Source: an uncultured Rivularia sp.
Lineage (GTDB): Bacteria > Cyanobacteriota > Cyanobacteriia > Cyanobacteriales > Nostocaceae
Assembly (NCBI GenBank): GCA_963665115.1
Contig: OY762007.1
Location: forward strand, 3,104,001 to 3,168,000
DNA: 64,000 nt
Reading direction: 5' to 3'
The notes below the pieces were generated by a model that saw nothing but the letters and a program-made list of their open reading frames with translations, was not told where the DNA came from and did no database searches. The translations under genes and the position numbers were made by a program. Positions 1 to 12,722 of the stretch are shown in pieces; position 1 is the stretch's first letter; each line of letters begins with the position of its first letter.

Positions 1-19
1 CTGTTTTAGTTACTAACAA

Positions 20-608
20 CTAATAAAACATTAAATGTCGTAGAACATATGCTATTAAAGTAACGGCACAGACTACAGCTAATTGTCCTGGTAATACAAG
101 CAATGAATACTTTAAAATTGCTTCCAATAAGGATAAATTTTCTGTACCCTGCCAACCCAAAGCATAAGTGACGATCAAATAACAAATACCGCACAGATGA
201 ACTGTTAACAAGCCACAAATACAACTAAATGCCAAAGTTTCTAATTTAGGGCCTCGCTTTAAAGGCAAAAAAACCACAAATCCAAGCCCCAGGAATAAAG
301 CCTATTAGATAACCAAACTGAGAAAGCTTTACATAGCCGATACCCCCACCATCCGCAAATACGGGCAATAAAGTTAAGCCCATAACTAAATAGGCAATTT
401 GTGAAAGCGCACCAGCACTTTTTCCTCCCAAACAACCGACTAACAGCACCCCACCAATTTGATAGGTAACACCTAAAGAAAAAGCATGAATTCCTTGGTT
501 ACTCCAACTCCAAGGTAGGGCGGCAATATAGGCTTCTAAGAAGGTACCACCCATAGTTAGTAGTAAGCCAATCATTGACCATAATAATTGGTTGGATGCA
601 GCTAGCAT
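20..608 (-). CDS. bioY: BioY-family biotin transporter (split by +1 frameshift near 249-251)
   Basis: ORFs 246..608 and 20..277 join (…FKARP/KLETLAF…) if one base is removed; hydrophobic, with LPVFADGGG..GYL.GF BioY motifs. Confidence 0.85.
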
Positions 609-1149
609 TTACAAGATACTCATACAAAAACCGAAAAATAATGTTTTGTTATTTGTTGACTCGTTCACAAATATACTTACATTCTTATAGAGCAAGGCTC
701 TGTTATTTATGTCGCATCCTAGTTTAATGCGTCTAACTGCAACTGTCCAAAATCTAATTCAAAACTATCAGCAACACATGACGCTAAAGTTTTTGTAATT
801 TTATTCATATTGCCTTTACGCTCTGTCTTGCATTCGGTAAGATATCTTCACTTAGGCTTGCCGAGTCAACTTAAAGCCCATATGCTGTTTGAATTTGCTC
901 TACATATTCAATGTCTACGAGCCTTCGTCAGCATTAAAACCAGTTTAATCGGAGTAGGCACAACTATTATTTGTCAGCTTCATCTCTAAGATTTGAACGC
1001 AATACATATTACATCCATCTTTTTAGTGCAAATATACTGATGTGCTATTTGTTTCTTTTCTATGACTAAATAGTGTTAAGATTTTTATACTAACAAAAAA
1101 TATAATTTTCAATCTAAATGAGTACAGAGAAACAATAAAGCCAGACTTT

Positions 1150-1168
1150 GTTAACCTTCTCTTTACTG
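1150..1168 (+). promoter_or_regulatory. Putative cyanobacterial Pho box (SphR/PhoB)
   Basis: GTTAACCT-N3-CTTTACTG, 11-bp-spaced YTTAAYYT-like repeats followed by a TATTAT -10-like hexamer upstream of pstS. Confidence 0.5.
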
Positions 1169-1220
1169 ATTAGCAGTATATTATAAACGACACCTGCAAA
1201 ATTACCCAACTTGCACATCC

Positions 1221-2363
1221 ATGTTTTCTAATAAGATTGTAGCTAATAAGTCTCGTTTTACTTCGTTATTCTCAGTGTTAGCACTTACTGTTACCTTGGC
1301 TGCTTGTGGCGGTGAAGGAACCGATATCGCTGGTGATGGCACTCCTGGTGCTACCGATGTTGCTGCTAGCGCCCCACTGGATTTGGGTGGAGACACGACT
1401 TTGAATGGTGCAGGTGCATCTTTCCCCAGATTACTTTATGAGCGTTGGTTCAAAGATGTTAACGCTAAGTACCCCAATCTCCGAGTTAACTATCAGTCAA
1501 TTGGTAGTGGTGCTGGTGTTAAACAATTTACCGCAGGTACAGTTGACTTTGGTGCCAGCGATGTGGCGATGAAGGATGAAGAAATTGCCAAGGTAGATAG
1601 AGGCGTATTGTTACTACCTATGACTGGTGGTAGCGTTGTATTTGCTTACAACTTACCTGGAGTTGAAGGAATCAAGTTACCTCGTGCGGTTTATACCGAT
1701 ATTTTACTTAGTAAGATTACTAAGTGGAATGACCCTAAAATTGCTGCGGCTAACCCCGGAGTTAATCTTCCCGACCAGAATATTACAGTCATATATCGTT
1801 CCGACGGTAGTGGTACAACTGCTGTATTAACAAAGCACTTGAGCGCTATTAGCCCAGATTGGAAGAGCGGTCCCGGTGAAGGTAAGACTGTATCATGGCC
1901 CGGTGGAATTGGCGCTAAAGGTAATGAAGGTATTACTGCTCAAATTAAGCAAACTCCTGGTTCTATTGGTTATGTAGAGTACGGTTACGCTAAAAACCAA
2001 GGTCTGACTATGGCGACTTTGGAAAATAAAGCGGGCAAATTTGTTGAACCAAGTGACGAAGCTGCATCTAAAGCTTTGGGAGCAATCGAACTACCAGAAA
2101 ATCTTCGTGCTTTTATTGACGATCCAGAAGGAGATGAAGTTTATCCCATCGTTACCTATACCTGGCTCTTGGCTTACAAGAAGTATGACAACCCTGCAAC
2201 AGCGAAAGCAGTTGAAGCAATGGTTGAATATGGTTTAACTGAAGGTCAAAAAGCTGCTCCCGAACTCGGTTACGTTCCTTTACCTCAAAATGTAGTTGAG
2301 AAGGTTGCTGCTGCTGCTGATACAATCAGCCCCGAGTACAACATTAACGTTGCTGCCAAATAG
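1221..2363 (+). CDS. pstS: Phosphate ABC transporter substrate-binding lipoprotein
   Basis: Lipobox LAAC; GAGASFP, YQSIGSGAG, DFGASD and RSDGSGTT motifs. Confidence 0.97.
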   Translation: MFSNKIVANKSRFTSLFSVLALTVTLAACGGEGTDIAGDGTPGATDVAASAPLDLGGDTTLNGAGASFPRLLYERWFKDVNAKYPNLRVNYQSIGSGAGVKQFTAGTVDFGASDVAMKDEEIAKVDRGVLLLPMTGGSVVFAYNLPGVEGIKLPRAVYTDILLSKITKWNDPKIAAANPGVNLPDQNITVIYRSDGSGTTAVLTKHLSAISPDWKSGPGEGKTVSWPGGIGAKGNEGITAQIKQTPGSIGYVEYGYAKNQGLTMATLENKAGKFVEPSDEAASKALGAIELPENLRAFIDDPEGDEVYPIVTYTWLLAYKKYDNPATAKAVEAMVEYGLTEGQKAAPELGYVPLPQNVVEKVAAAADTISPEYNINVAAK

Positions 2364-2474
2364 TAAGTCCACTTAAGTGTGATTTTTTGGACTGCATTTC
2401 ATCAATAATTGATTAGTCAAGGAATAATGTGGTTCGCTGCCACATTTTCTCTATTACATGGGTATAGTTTTTTT

Positions 2475-3437
2475 ATGAGTACATCAGCCCAAGGTAGACA
2501 AACAGACGGTAAAAATCGCTCTGAAGCAGATAGAACCCTCGATCGTAGCTTTATTTGGACGACGCGAATTTTCGCTTTCGGTATTGCCGCAGTTTTAGTA
2601 TGGATCGGATACGAGGTTGGCGTTCAGGCAATTCCAGCATTAAAGGAATTTGGTGGAGGATTTTTATTCACCAGCGATTGGAACCCACCAAGAAGTCTGT
2701 ACGGAGTACTACCACAAATCTACGGAACTTTAGCTAGTTCTTTTATCGGTTTGTTGATAGCCGTACCGATTGGCATTGGCACAGCAGTTTTGTTAAGCGA
2801 AAATATATTGCCTCTGTCATTACGAACTGCACTGGTTTTTCTAGTAGAACTCCTCGCAGCGATTCCCAGCGTCGTCTATGGTTTATGGGGAATTTTCGTT
2901 TTAATTCCTTTTTTAGGGACTTTTGGTACGTGGCTTAATCAATACTTGGGTTGGATACCACTCTTTAGTCGTCCCGAATCGGGAGCAATTGGTGGCCCGG
3001 GATTATTACCTGCTGGAATTATTCTGGCAATTATGACTTTGCCGATTATTACAGCAATTTCTCGCGATGCTTTGGCTTCCGTACCTCGTAGTTTGCGCGA
3101 AGCTGCTTATGGATTGGGATGTACCCGTTGGGAAACACTTTTAAAAGTAATTATTCCAGCGGCATTTTCCGGTATTGTCAGTGCTGTAATGCTAGCACTT
3201 GGTCGAGCAATGGGAGAAACAATGGCTGTAACCATGTTGATTGGTAACTCCAACAGAATTAGTCCTTCCCTATTTGCACCTAGCAATACAATTGCTTCTT
3301 TGTTAGCAAATCAGTTCGCAGAAGCTGGTGGTTTACAAATCAGTGCTTTGATGTACGCTGCATTTGTGCTGTTTATATTAACTTTGATTGTCAATATTAT
3401 GGCAGAGTTAATAGTATTGCGGGTTGGGCGACTGTAA
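2475..3437 (+). CDS. pstC: Phosphate ABC transporter permease
   Basis: IPSVVYGLWG, EAAYGLG and GRAMGETMAV motifs; ATG at 2475 preferred over the ORF-track start at 2409. Confidence 0.95.
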   Translation: MSTSAQGRQTDGKNRSEADRTLDRSFIWTTRIFAFGIAAVLVWIGYEVGVQAIPALKEFGGGFLFTSDWNPPRSLYGVLPQIYGTLASSFIGLLIAVPIGIGTAVLLSENILPLSLRTALVFLVELLAAIPSVVYGLWGIFVLIPFLGTFGTWLNQYLGWIPLFSRPESGAIGGPGLLPAGIILAIMTLPIITAISRDALASVPRSLREAAYGLGCTRWETLLKVIIPAAFSGIVSAVMLALGRAMGETMAVTMLIGNSNRISPSLFAPSNTIASLLANQFAEAGGLQISALMYAAFVLFILTLIVNIMAELIVLRVGRL

Positions 3438-3456
3438 TTTATTGGTATGTTCAATT

Positions 3457-4350
3457 ATGTCTTCTAGTTATTCAGAGCAGCCAGGGGGATTTACACGGGG
3501 TAGCTTAAATGGTTCTTCGAGTTCTCCCCGGACATTATTTAACAATGTAATGAATGGTGTCATATTTGCTTGCGGAGCTTTAGCTTTGTTGCCTTTGATG
3601 TTAGTCCTTTCTTACTTGCTGTTCAAAGGTTTCAGTAGCTTAAGCTTAGACTTGTTCACCAAATTACCTCCAGCACCTCTGGATAAAGGTGGTGGTTTTG
3701 CTAACGCCATCATCGGTACCGCGATTATGGTTGGAATTGGGACTGCAATCAGCGTACCTATCGGAGTTGCAGCAGCGGTTTATCTGACAGAATTTAGTAA
3801 AGGAAAAACAGCCCGTTGGATTCGATTCGCTACCAACGTTTTGAGCGGTGTTCCTTCGATTATCGCTGGGGTTGTTACCTACGGTATTTTAGTTGCAACC
3901 AAAATTACTGGATATTCGGCGATCGCCGGTGGCGTTGCTCTATCAATTTTGATGTTGCCGATTATCGTCAGAACTACAGACGAAGCTTTGCAATTAGTTT
4001 CCAACGATTTGAGACAAGCTGCTGTAGGAATAGGAGCTACTAACTATCAAACAGTTTTACAAGTAGTATTACCTTCAGCTTTACCTTCAATTGTAACTGG
4101 CGTAACCTTGTCTGTTGCCCGTGCTGCTGGAGAAACCGCACCTCTAATTTTTACCGCTTTGTTCTCCTCATTTTGGTTGAGAAGTTTAACCGATGAACCA
4201 GTGGCTTCTCTTGCTGTTTTGGTTTATAACTTTGCCACATCTTTTGACCAAAATCAACAATCCGTTGCTTGGGCTGCGTCTTTAGTTTTAGTACTAATGG
4301 TTTTGATTGCTAGCATTATTGCTCGCTTCACAACTCGCAGCAAATCTTAA
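3457..4350 (+). CDS. pstA: Phosphate ABC transporter permease
   Basis: GVPSII and ARAAGETAPL motifs; operon order. Confidence 0.95.
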   Translation: MSSSYSEQPGGFTRGSLNGSSSSPRTLFNNVMNGVIFACGALALLPLMLVLSYLLFKGFSSLSLDLFTKLPPAPLDKGGGFANAIIGTAIMVGIGTAISVPIGVAAAVYLTEFSKGKTARWIRFATNVLSGVPSIIAGVVTYGILVATKITGYSAIAGGVALSILMLPIIVRTTDEALQLVSNDLRQAAVGIGATNYQTVLQVVLPSALPSIVTGVTLSVARAAGETAPLIFTALFSSFWLRSLTDEPVASLAVLVYNFATSFDQNQQSVAWAASLVLVLMVLIASIIARFTTRSKS

Positions 4351-4510
4351 TTAATTGCATAGAAAAAGTTATATTTGGGTTAGATTGAAGGCAGTATCAT
4401 TTTTCCCAAAATAACAAACTTCCTAAAATAATTAACGGGTATTAGAAAAGGCATCGATAAGACTGAAATTAACAGCTTTGTAGCTTTCGGAGAAGAAATT
4501 AATTGCCATT

Positions 4511-5317
4511 ATGACTACACATACTTCCACCGTGCAAGACACTCAAACAGTATTACGGACAGAAGCACTAAACGTTTACTACGGTAAATTTTTAGCACTA
4601 AAAGATATCTATATGGATATCCCCAAAAATCAAGTAACAGCTTTTATTGGTCCTTCTGGATGCGGTAAAAGTACTTTACTTAGATGCTTTAACCGTCTCA
4701 ACGACATGATTGACGTATTTCGTGCAGAAGGTAAAGTTTTATACAATGGGGAGAATTTGTATGCACCCAAAATTGACCCTGTAGAAGTTCGTCGTAGAAT
4801 CGGGATGGTATTCCAAAAACCAAACCCCTTTCCTAAGTCAATCAAAGAAAATATTACTTTTGGAGCCAAAATTAACGGTTACAAAGGTGATATGGATGAA
4901 TTAGTGGAACGCTCTCTCAAAGGAGCTGCTTTATGGACTGAAGTTAAAGACAAGTTAAACCAAAGCGGTTTATCCATATCTGGGGGACAACAGCAGCGTT
5001 TGTGTATCGCTCGCGCGATCGCAGTTCAGCCTGATGTAATTTTAATGGATGAACCTTGTTCTGCTCTTGACCCCATTTCTACTTTACAAGTAGAAGATTT
5101 GATCAAGGAACTTAAAGAGCAATTTACTGTCGTTATCGTTACTCACAATATGCAGCAAGCATCGCGAGTATCGGACATGACAGGCTTTTTCAACGTCCAA
5201 ACGGGGGAAACAGGAGGTCGTACAGGTTACTTGGTAGAATACGATCGCACTGAGACAATTTTCCAAAATCCCCAGCAACAAGATACCAAAGAATATATCA
5301 GCGGTAAGTTTGGCTAA
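4511..5317 (+). CDS. pstB: Phosphate ABC transporter ATPase
   Basis: [43 protein letters not shown]. Confidence 0.97.
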   Translation: MTTHTSTVQDTQTVLRTEALNVYYGKFLALKDIYMDIPKNQVTAFIGPSGCGKSTLLRCFNRLNDMIDVFRAEGKVLYNGENLYAPKIDPVEVRRRIGMVFQKPNPFPKSIKENITFGAKINGYKGDMDELVERSLKGAALWTEVKDKLNQSGLSISGGQQQRLCIARAIAVQPDVILMDEPCSALDPISTLQVEDLIKELKEQFTVVIVTHNMQQASRVSDMTGFFNVQTGETGGRTGYLVEYDRTETIFQNPQQQDTKEYISGKFG

Positions 5318-5366
5318 TTGTTGGATATTTTGCTGACGGGCAGCATTGAAATATGTCGAACATAAT

Positions 5367-5402
5367 AAAATAACTCCTAGCTGATATCTGGGAGTTATTT
5401 TT
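5367..5402. terminator. Bidirectional intrinsic terminator between pstB and tRNA-Gly
   Basis: AAAATAACTCCTAG…CTGGGAGTTATTTT hairpin with A/T tails between convergent genes. Confidence 0.75.
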
Positions 5403-5438
5403 GCTTTTGCTTTTATTTAATTTTGAAATAGTTTCAAA

Positions 5439-5509
5439 AGCGGGCGGCGGGAATCGAATCCGCATCATTAGCTTGGAAGGCTAAGGTTTTACCACTAAAC
5501 TACGCCCGC
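5439..5509 (-). tRNA. tRNA-Gly (anticodon TCC)
   Basis: Reverse complement GCGGGCG-TA-GTTTAGTGGTAAAAC-C-TTAGC-CTTCCAA-GCTAA-TGAT-GCGGA-TTCGATT-CCCGC-CGCCCGC-T folds as a cloverleaf; U73 discriminator; no encoded CCA. Confidence 0.95.
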
Positions 5510-5572
5510 ATTATTTTTTCCAACCTTAATATTATATTACAGTTGTAGAGAAAAATCAAGCTAATAAAAATT

Positions 5573-6836
5573 TTAATTTGAACTGCTTTGGATATTCACA
5601 CGTATGGGCAAATAACTTAAGTCAGGTTTGTTACCGTTATCTTCACTTGCGGGAATAAATTTCTGACCGTTGAAAATTTTCTCGGCATATTCTTGATATT
5701 GGCTTCTTTGCGCTAAAGGTATTTGTTTATCTACCTCTATAGATAATAAATTGCCTTGATTATCAATCGTCAGCCATACCAAAAAATCTCCAAGCTGCAA
5801 ATTGCCATTTTCAGGAGGAGGAAGCGGAATATCGCTATTAACTCTTTTTTGGGGTTTTGCAAGATTATCGGGTTTACCTTTAAAAAAAGTATCAGTTTCT
5901 ATATTCCAACTCGCTGTTAATATTCCACCGCTTTGATTGAGTTGAGTTTCCTGGTTATCGTTGAGTGGGATTTCCTCATCTTGATTATTTTTAACTGGTG
6001 AATCAGGGGTTTCTTGGTTTACTGAAGCTTTCTTTACAGTTCCCCCAAACTTATCTACTATTGGAGCGGTTATTTCTTCACCATCCCTAAGATTTTGCTG
6101 CTCGTCGGCTTCTCGTCGGCTCTGGGCTTCTCTTAGACGCTGCTGTTTCTGCTTCAAATTCTTCTTGTTGGGCTTCTCTTAAACGTTGCTGTTCTGCTTC
6201 TTTTCTTTGTTGGGCTTCCTGTTCAAGCTGCTGGGCTTCTAGTTGTTGCTGTTTCTGTTCTAATTTCCTTTGTTGCTCTTGTTCTCTTTGACGTAATCGA
6301 GCTTCAACTTTTTCTTGTTGAGCTTGTCTTTGACGTAATTGTTGTGCTAATTGACGCTGTTGGTTTGCTTCTAACTGACGCTGTTGTTCTGCTAATTGCT
6401 GCTGCTGTAATAATTCTTGCTGACGTTGTTGTTCGGCTAATTGCTGTTCGATTTTTTGATTATCAAAAGCAATAGCATCTTGATCGTTCGTAATTACAGG
6501 AGGTTTAACCACGTTTGGTAAAGCAGGAGGTTGTGAATTTTGAGGAAGAATCGGTTTTGATGGCTTTGGTATTACTGCTTTTGGTTTTGGTTTTGGTTTG
6601 GGTTTTGGTTGAACTGGTGATGATTTTTGTGGAGAAATTTCAATAAATTCAATCGGAACAGCAACATCGGAGCCAGATTGTGATGCAGAAAGTTTATATA
6701 GACTAATAAGCCAGAACGCCAGCAGATGCAAGATAAGTGAACCACAAACAAATGTAATCCACCCGAAAGGTGAATCTGTTTGTCGTCTCCAGGTTTTTTC
6801 TGGAATTGAAGTTTTTTCTACAACCGATTGTGTCAT
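5573..6836 (-). CDS. TonB/TolA-like energy-transducer protein (frameshift near 6146)
   Basis: N-terminal TM with SLILH, PKPKPK linker, Q/E-rich coiled coil, TonB-C-like end; ORFs 6087..6836 and 5573..6157 join. Confidence 0.7.
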
Positions 6837-7086
6837 ATATAGAAATCCGTTTTGATTTCTGTTAGCGCAAGCGTGGCGGAGCCATATAACTCGTGGGGGC
6901 TAGATAACAGGGAACAGGGAACAGCGAATAGAAGATATACAATATTTTTTCAAAATTAAAGTAGGAGTCCTATATCTCTAGTATCTATACTAAACATCGG
7001 AAAAATAGCGGGCGTTCTTATAAATCCTACCGCGATTAAAAAGATACATTACTTTTTTGACGTTTCTCCGAATAATAACTCGTCTT

Positions 7087-10000
7087 TTATTCTAGCGAAC
7101 GGACTACTATCTCTGGAGTCACGGCGAAAGTTAGAACTGTTTCATCTATTCCCTTCAACTCTAATGGTTTACCCTTAATAATTTCTTCTTCTTCCAAATA
7201 ATCAGCAACAGCAGCAGAAACAAGAATAGTACCAGGGTCGGCAGCACCTTGCAAACGAGAGGCAATATTTACAGAAGGACCAATAGCAGTGTAATCGGCG
7301 CGTTCGGAACTACCAAACATTCCCACAACCGCCGTACCTTGATGAATGCCGCAACGAAACTGAAGTCCACTACGTCCATCGCTATCAAAAATACCTTGCG
7401 ATCGCCAACGTTCGTTCAACTCAGAAAGACCGCGTAACATTGCTCTAGAAGTATCTACGGCTCGGCGTACCTGTTCGTTAGGCGTGAGTTCTTCTGGCGC
7501 TCCATATAAAGCCAAAATAGCATCTCCCATAAATTTATCTACGGTTCCGCCATTATCAAATACAGCCTTTGTCATAGCTTCTAGGTATTCATTTAGCAAT
7601 TCTGCAACTTTCCGCGACCTTAAAGTATTAGATAATTGAGTAAAACCAACTATATCGCTAAATAAAACTGTAATTAAACGGGGTTCCGGCCGCAAATCTA
7701 GAACCAGTTCTCCTTGCTGCGCTTTTTGCACTAAAACAGGAGGTAAAAATCGCTGAAGTACTGATTCTGTTAAATAAGTATTTAATTCCAGAACTTTGCG
7801 TTCGTTTTCTTTTAAAGCTAAGAGATTTCGTGCTTCTGCTAGAAGTTCTCTATCGTTAAATGGTTTAGCTAAATAAGCATCTGCACCACGTTCGGTTCCT
7901 TCAATACGAGTATCTTCATCAACTTTTGCAGTCAGCAGAATAATTGGTATTCCTTTGAGTGTCTCCTCGGAGCGTATCATCCGAATCATCTCTAATCCGG
8001 TGACTAGAGGCATCATTAAGTCGGTGACAATCAAATTGGGCAACAATTCTTTGGCTATATGAAAACCTTCCGAACCGTTTCGGGCTGTTTGTACTTGATA
8101 ACCGTTTGCGCGAAGAATACTAGATACATAAGCTCGCATATCGGGATTATCATCTACAACCAACACTAATTGTCCTTTTTCAGTTTTCAAATCTGAAGGA
8201 GAATTAAGACTTGCAGATAACAATTCCTGGGGAATTTCAAAATTACCAATATGACTATCTGCTGATTCTATTAATTCTAAATCGGCTAATTCCACAGCAG
8301 CACGACTGACGTTAACTTTACTCTCAGTTTCTACGACTTGGGAAGCATTTAAGTGAGCGCTTCCTGAAGGTAGAGATATGGTAAAATTAGTGCCGCTTTC
8401 ATAAATAGAATCGACAGTAACTGTACCTCCGTGAACTTCCACCAACTCTTTAACCAAAGCCAAACCTAAACCCGTTCCTTCATAAGAACGATTTTCTGAA
8501 CCTTCAGCTTGACGAAAACGTTCAAATAAGTGGGGAATTTGTTCTTTGGCAATACCAATTCCAGTATCTTCTACTTGTAAAACACAATCCGAACCAGTGT
8601 ACTGCAATCTAACAGTAATACTACCGTTTTGAGGAGTAAACTTCATGGCATTCGATAGCAGATTGTAAACCACCTTATCGAATTTTTCTATATCTAAATA
8701 AACCGCAGGACATTCATCTAATTCAGTTACCAGATTTAAATCTTTTTTCTCACAGTATGGACGGAACGACTCAACAATTTGACTGACAAATTCAACTAAA
8801 TCGCACTTGCGGAAACTAGGCTGCATTCTCCCAGCATCCAAACGCTGCAAATCCAAAAGTTGATTTACCAGTCGCAGCAATCGCCTCGAATTACGCAGAG
8901 CAATGGTACTTTGTTCGTGAGATAATCCTTCACCCGTGCTAACAGCAGACTCCAAAGGACCTTGAATTAAAGTGATTGGAGTGCGGAATTCGTGGGAAAT
9001 ATTCTGAAAAAATTCAGTTTTTTGTTTATCTAATTCCAGCAAACGTTCGGCTTGTTGGCGAGTTTTTTGATAAAGCCGAGACTGTTGAACTGCAAGGGCT
9101 GCTTGAACTGCGACAGATGCAGCTAACTCTACTTCCGGTTTTAACCAATGCCGTTCTTTTCTACTTTGTCTTAGGCTAATACTGCCAATAATTTTTCCAT
9201 CGGCAAGTAATGGAACTACCATCAACGAGCGAGTAGCCATTTTTAAAGGTAAATCAAAACCTTTTACTTGGGTAGAGTAATCCTTAAGATCGGTAATAAT
9301 TACCGGCTCCTGAGTTTGCAAGATTTTTTGCAGTATTTGATTTCCCGTCAGGGGTGCCAAAGACTGCGGTAATTGATGAGGGCTGGGTTTTACTTTTCCG
9401 TTTGAATTAGAGTTACTGCCAATCTCTACTTGAGAACTATCGTACAAACCAACACACTCAACAAATTCATCTTCGGCAGTCCATAAAGATAAAACGCAGC
9501 CATCTACCTGTAAAGCTTGTCCCAGTTGTTCGGTAATAGCAGCAAAGATTTCTTGAGGATCTAAGCTAGAACGGATGGCGCTAGTAATTGTATTAATTAA
9601 TGCTTCCCGTTGAGCAAGAGCGTGTACCTGCTCGTAAGCCCGAGCTTGAGATAAAGCTAATGCTGCCTGATTTGCTACCATCACTACTAACTGCACGTCA
9701 TCTTCCTCCCAATCACGGGATTCTTTAGACTGGTGCAATGCCAAAACTGCCATCAACTCTTGCTGACAAATTAGCGGCACTACTAAAGTAGAGCAAATTT
9801 GAGCATTTTCATAAACTTGAGCGCGATCGCTGTTTTCTGGAGTATCTCCTTGAACGCGTTCATCTGTTGTTGCATCAGAAATTACCTGAACTTCGCGGGT
9901 TTCCCATACCGTATGGGCTAACAGTTGGGCTGAGAAAGTCAGAAAATTTGATTCAACAACTTCAACAACTTCATTTTTATCCTTTACCTCGTTCGATAAT

Positions 10001-10618
10001 TCTTCTTCAAGATTTTTTTGAAAAATAAAACCTTCATTAACTAAATATCCATTTTGGAAGGGACGTAAAAGACATACATCGACTTCCAACATATGACCTA
10101 CATTATCTACAATCGCTTGGAGAATTTGCCGATAATCTAAGGCACCACGAATGGTATTAGTTAGAGAATTGAGCAGCGATTCTTGACGTAATGTACGGGT
10201 TAATTCGTAAGTACGCGCTCTAAGAACATTATGAGTATCTAAAGCTTGTCTTACTACTGCTTTAAGTTCTTCTGCTTCCCACGGCTTGGTTACATATTTG
10301 AAAACCTTGCCAGCATTTATGGCTTCCACCAAGTCTTCGACATCAGTGTAGCCAGTTAAGATAATCCGGATAATATCCGGATATTGAGTAGCTGTCAGGC
10401 TCAAGAATTCTGTACCACTCATCATTGGCATTCGCTGATCGGAGATAATTACTGATATATCTCCTTCTTTTGCCAACAATTCCAATGCTGCCGGGGCCAC
10501 TTATAGCTCGCAGCACCTTATATTCTCGATAAAAGGTACGGTATAGCAGATCGAGGTTGTCGGGTTCGTCATCAACAACCAATATTTTTGGCTTTTTTTT
10601 GTTTGCTTGGGATTTCAT
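7087..10618 (-). CDS. cyaC: Multidomain adenylate cyclase REC-GAF-GAF-HisKA/HATPase-REC-cyclase (frameshift near 10493-10496)
   Basis: ISHEFRTP H-box, two receiver domains, FSDIVGFT/DKFMGDA/VNIASRL cyclase motifs; ORF 10343..10618 supplies the N-terminal receiver start. Confidence 0.93.
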
Positions 10619-12080
10619 GCACCGCTTCCATGCAGTAACGGCAGTTGGATAAACAATTTAATTGGGTAAGAATGTTTTAACATTCGATCTAATGGCACAA
10701 CATTGCAACTGCAATCGGCAATCGCGCTTGTTTAAAGCTAACTTTCTTCGTCGTGAACTCCGAAGGCGAGGCTAACAGAGGTGCCGACTACCATTAATTA
10801 GAAAGTAATACGCCCCCAATGCGTTTCATACTCACTTTTAGTTTTAAAGAATCGATATCTTATAGCCAAATTTTTCTTCACCCCCAGCGATAATTTTTGA
10901 ACTAGATGTACGGCTAACAAAGCTGATTGAATTAATCCACCCAGCATCTGTTATATTAGTTTTCCCGACTTAGCACCAACACTAACATCTGACCGCAATT
11001 TTTATTGATGACAAGCGCAATCTAATTAGTATTATTACTTAAACAATTAGAATAAAAGTATTTATATATACTAATAATTATAGCGCTTGCCTGGATATAC
11101 AATCTCAAAATAGTACCGTAGATAGATTTATGCTGTATCAATTAAATCATAAGTATATATGTCAAGAAAATCATAGTCAGCGTTTAAATTATCCTGTTTC
11201 AGTTATAAAAGAAATACTGGTGACTTATATAAACTACTTGTAAATTATGCAGTCATTGCGTATGCAGGTGCCACAGCTTACTATAGCTAGTTTGTTTATT
11301 GCCAGTCTAGCAATCCCAGCAGGCGCTTGTATTCTATTAAGCATTCAATGTAACAATTAAACTTATAGCTTCCATAGTGGATTGCACGAAAAATTTTCGC
11401 CCTTTGTAAGGGTTAAAAGCGTACTCATAACGAAGGCAGGCACGATTTATATCGATAGTTAAGAAGCGAAAGGCATAAAATATGGATTAAAATGTTTATT
11501 CGCTATGTCATGCCCCAAGAAGCTCTTGACTGAAGACCTGACATTATATGAAGTCTACCCTTGGGAGTAATTTACTTGCATTACTTGGCGTAAAAAGTGC
11601 GGCATTTGATAAAGAAATTGTTACTATCAATAGTCAGGAGGGTAAGAGAGCATCTGTCATACAAGAAGGAATTTGTCTAAAAATGTAGGAATTGCCGAAC
11701 ATAATTAACGCCTTGGAATGCACTATAGTTATCCCTATAGTAGAAAAAAGACGTTTTCCTTTATCTACAAACTAGTTTAATTATCTGTGTTGCTACTTGA
11801 AATCGATAGTTTCCCGGTGGTTTGAGCTTATAGTTGTAATCCCGAAGCGTTCCAAGACAGGTCAGAATGAAACGATTTAATGGATTTATATATCAGGCGG
11901 AGCAAGGATATTAATCTGTAAAAATTCCTGTATTTGCAGTATTTTTATCTATTTATATGATTCTTATCTTAATCTTTATGTAAAAACACACTCCATGCCA
12001 CGCTCCAATTTTTACATTTTTAAATTCGAGTTTTCATCTAAAGACGATAGTGTTTTACGATATTTAACTCACATTCATCA

Positions 12081-12722
12081 ATGAATAACTTAAACACCTT
12101 ATTAGCCTTGACTCCTTCGTTTTCTCTTCCATCTCACCAAAAGCCAGTTGCGGTAGCTACTAACCCCATTCCCTCTGGGTTACAAATTCGGCTGTGTACT
12201 GCTGCCGATTTGGCTGATGTTGCCCAAATTATTGCCGAAAGCTTTCACTCCCGTCACGGTATATGGGGATGGGCTTTTCCGTTATTGCGTTTGGGCATTT
12301 ACGAAGACTTAAGACATCGTTTGGCCCAATCAGCACCTCATCACGTGTGTTTAGTAGCTGTTGATACTAGCGATCGAGCAAATTTAAATTTAGTTGCGAC
12401 TGTAGAATTGAGCGTGCGTTTGGGCGATACTTGGACTTACACGGGAACCCAAAAAAGTTTTGCCTATTTATCTAATTTAGCCGTACATCCCCAATACCGA
12501 AGGCAAGGAGCAGCTCGTGCGCTATTAACTAGCTGTGAAAAAGTTGCCGCTGACTGGGGATTTAAAGATCTATATCTCCATGTTTTGGAAAATAACCATC
12601 AAGCACGGCAACTTTATTTTAAATTAGGATACCGCATGCACCAGATTGACTCTAATTGGAATACATTTTTCTTTAGACGCTCGCGACAAATTTTACTTTA
12701 CAAACATCTTTTAGACAGTTAA
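12081..12722 (+). CDS. GNAT N-acetyltransferase
   Basis: SNLAVHPQYRRQGAA acetyl-CoA motif; N..AR.LY.KLGY. Confidence 0.9.
   Translation: MNNLNTLLALTPSFSLPSHQKPVAVATNPIPSGLQIRLCTAADLADVAQIIAESFHSRHGIWGWAFPLLRLGIYEDLRHRLAQSAPHHVCLVAVDTSDRANLNLVATVELSVRLGDTWTYTGTQKSFAYLSNLAVHPQYRRQGAARALLTSCEKVAADWGFKDLYLHVLENNHQARQLYFKLGYRMHQIDSNWNTFFFRRSRQILLYKHLLDS

Noticed and set aside
5439..5509. tRNA as an integration site for a prophage or island
   Set aside because: No integrase and no duplicated tRNA 3' end seen; flanks are housekeeping genes
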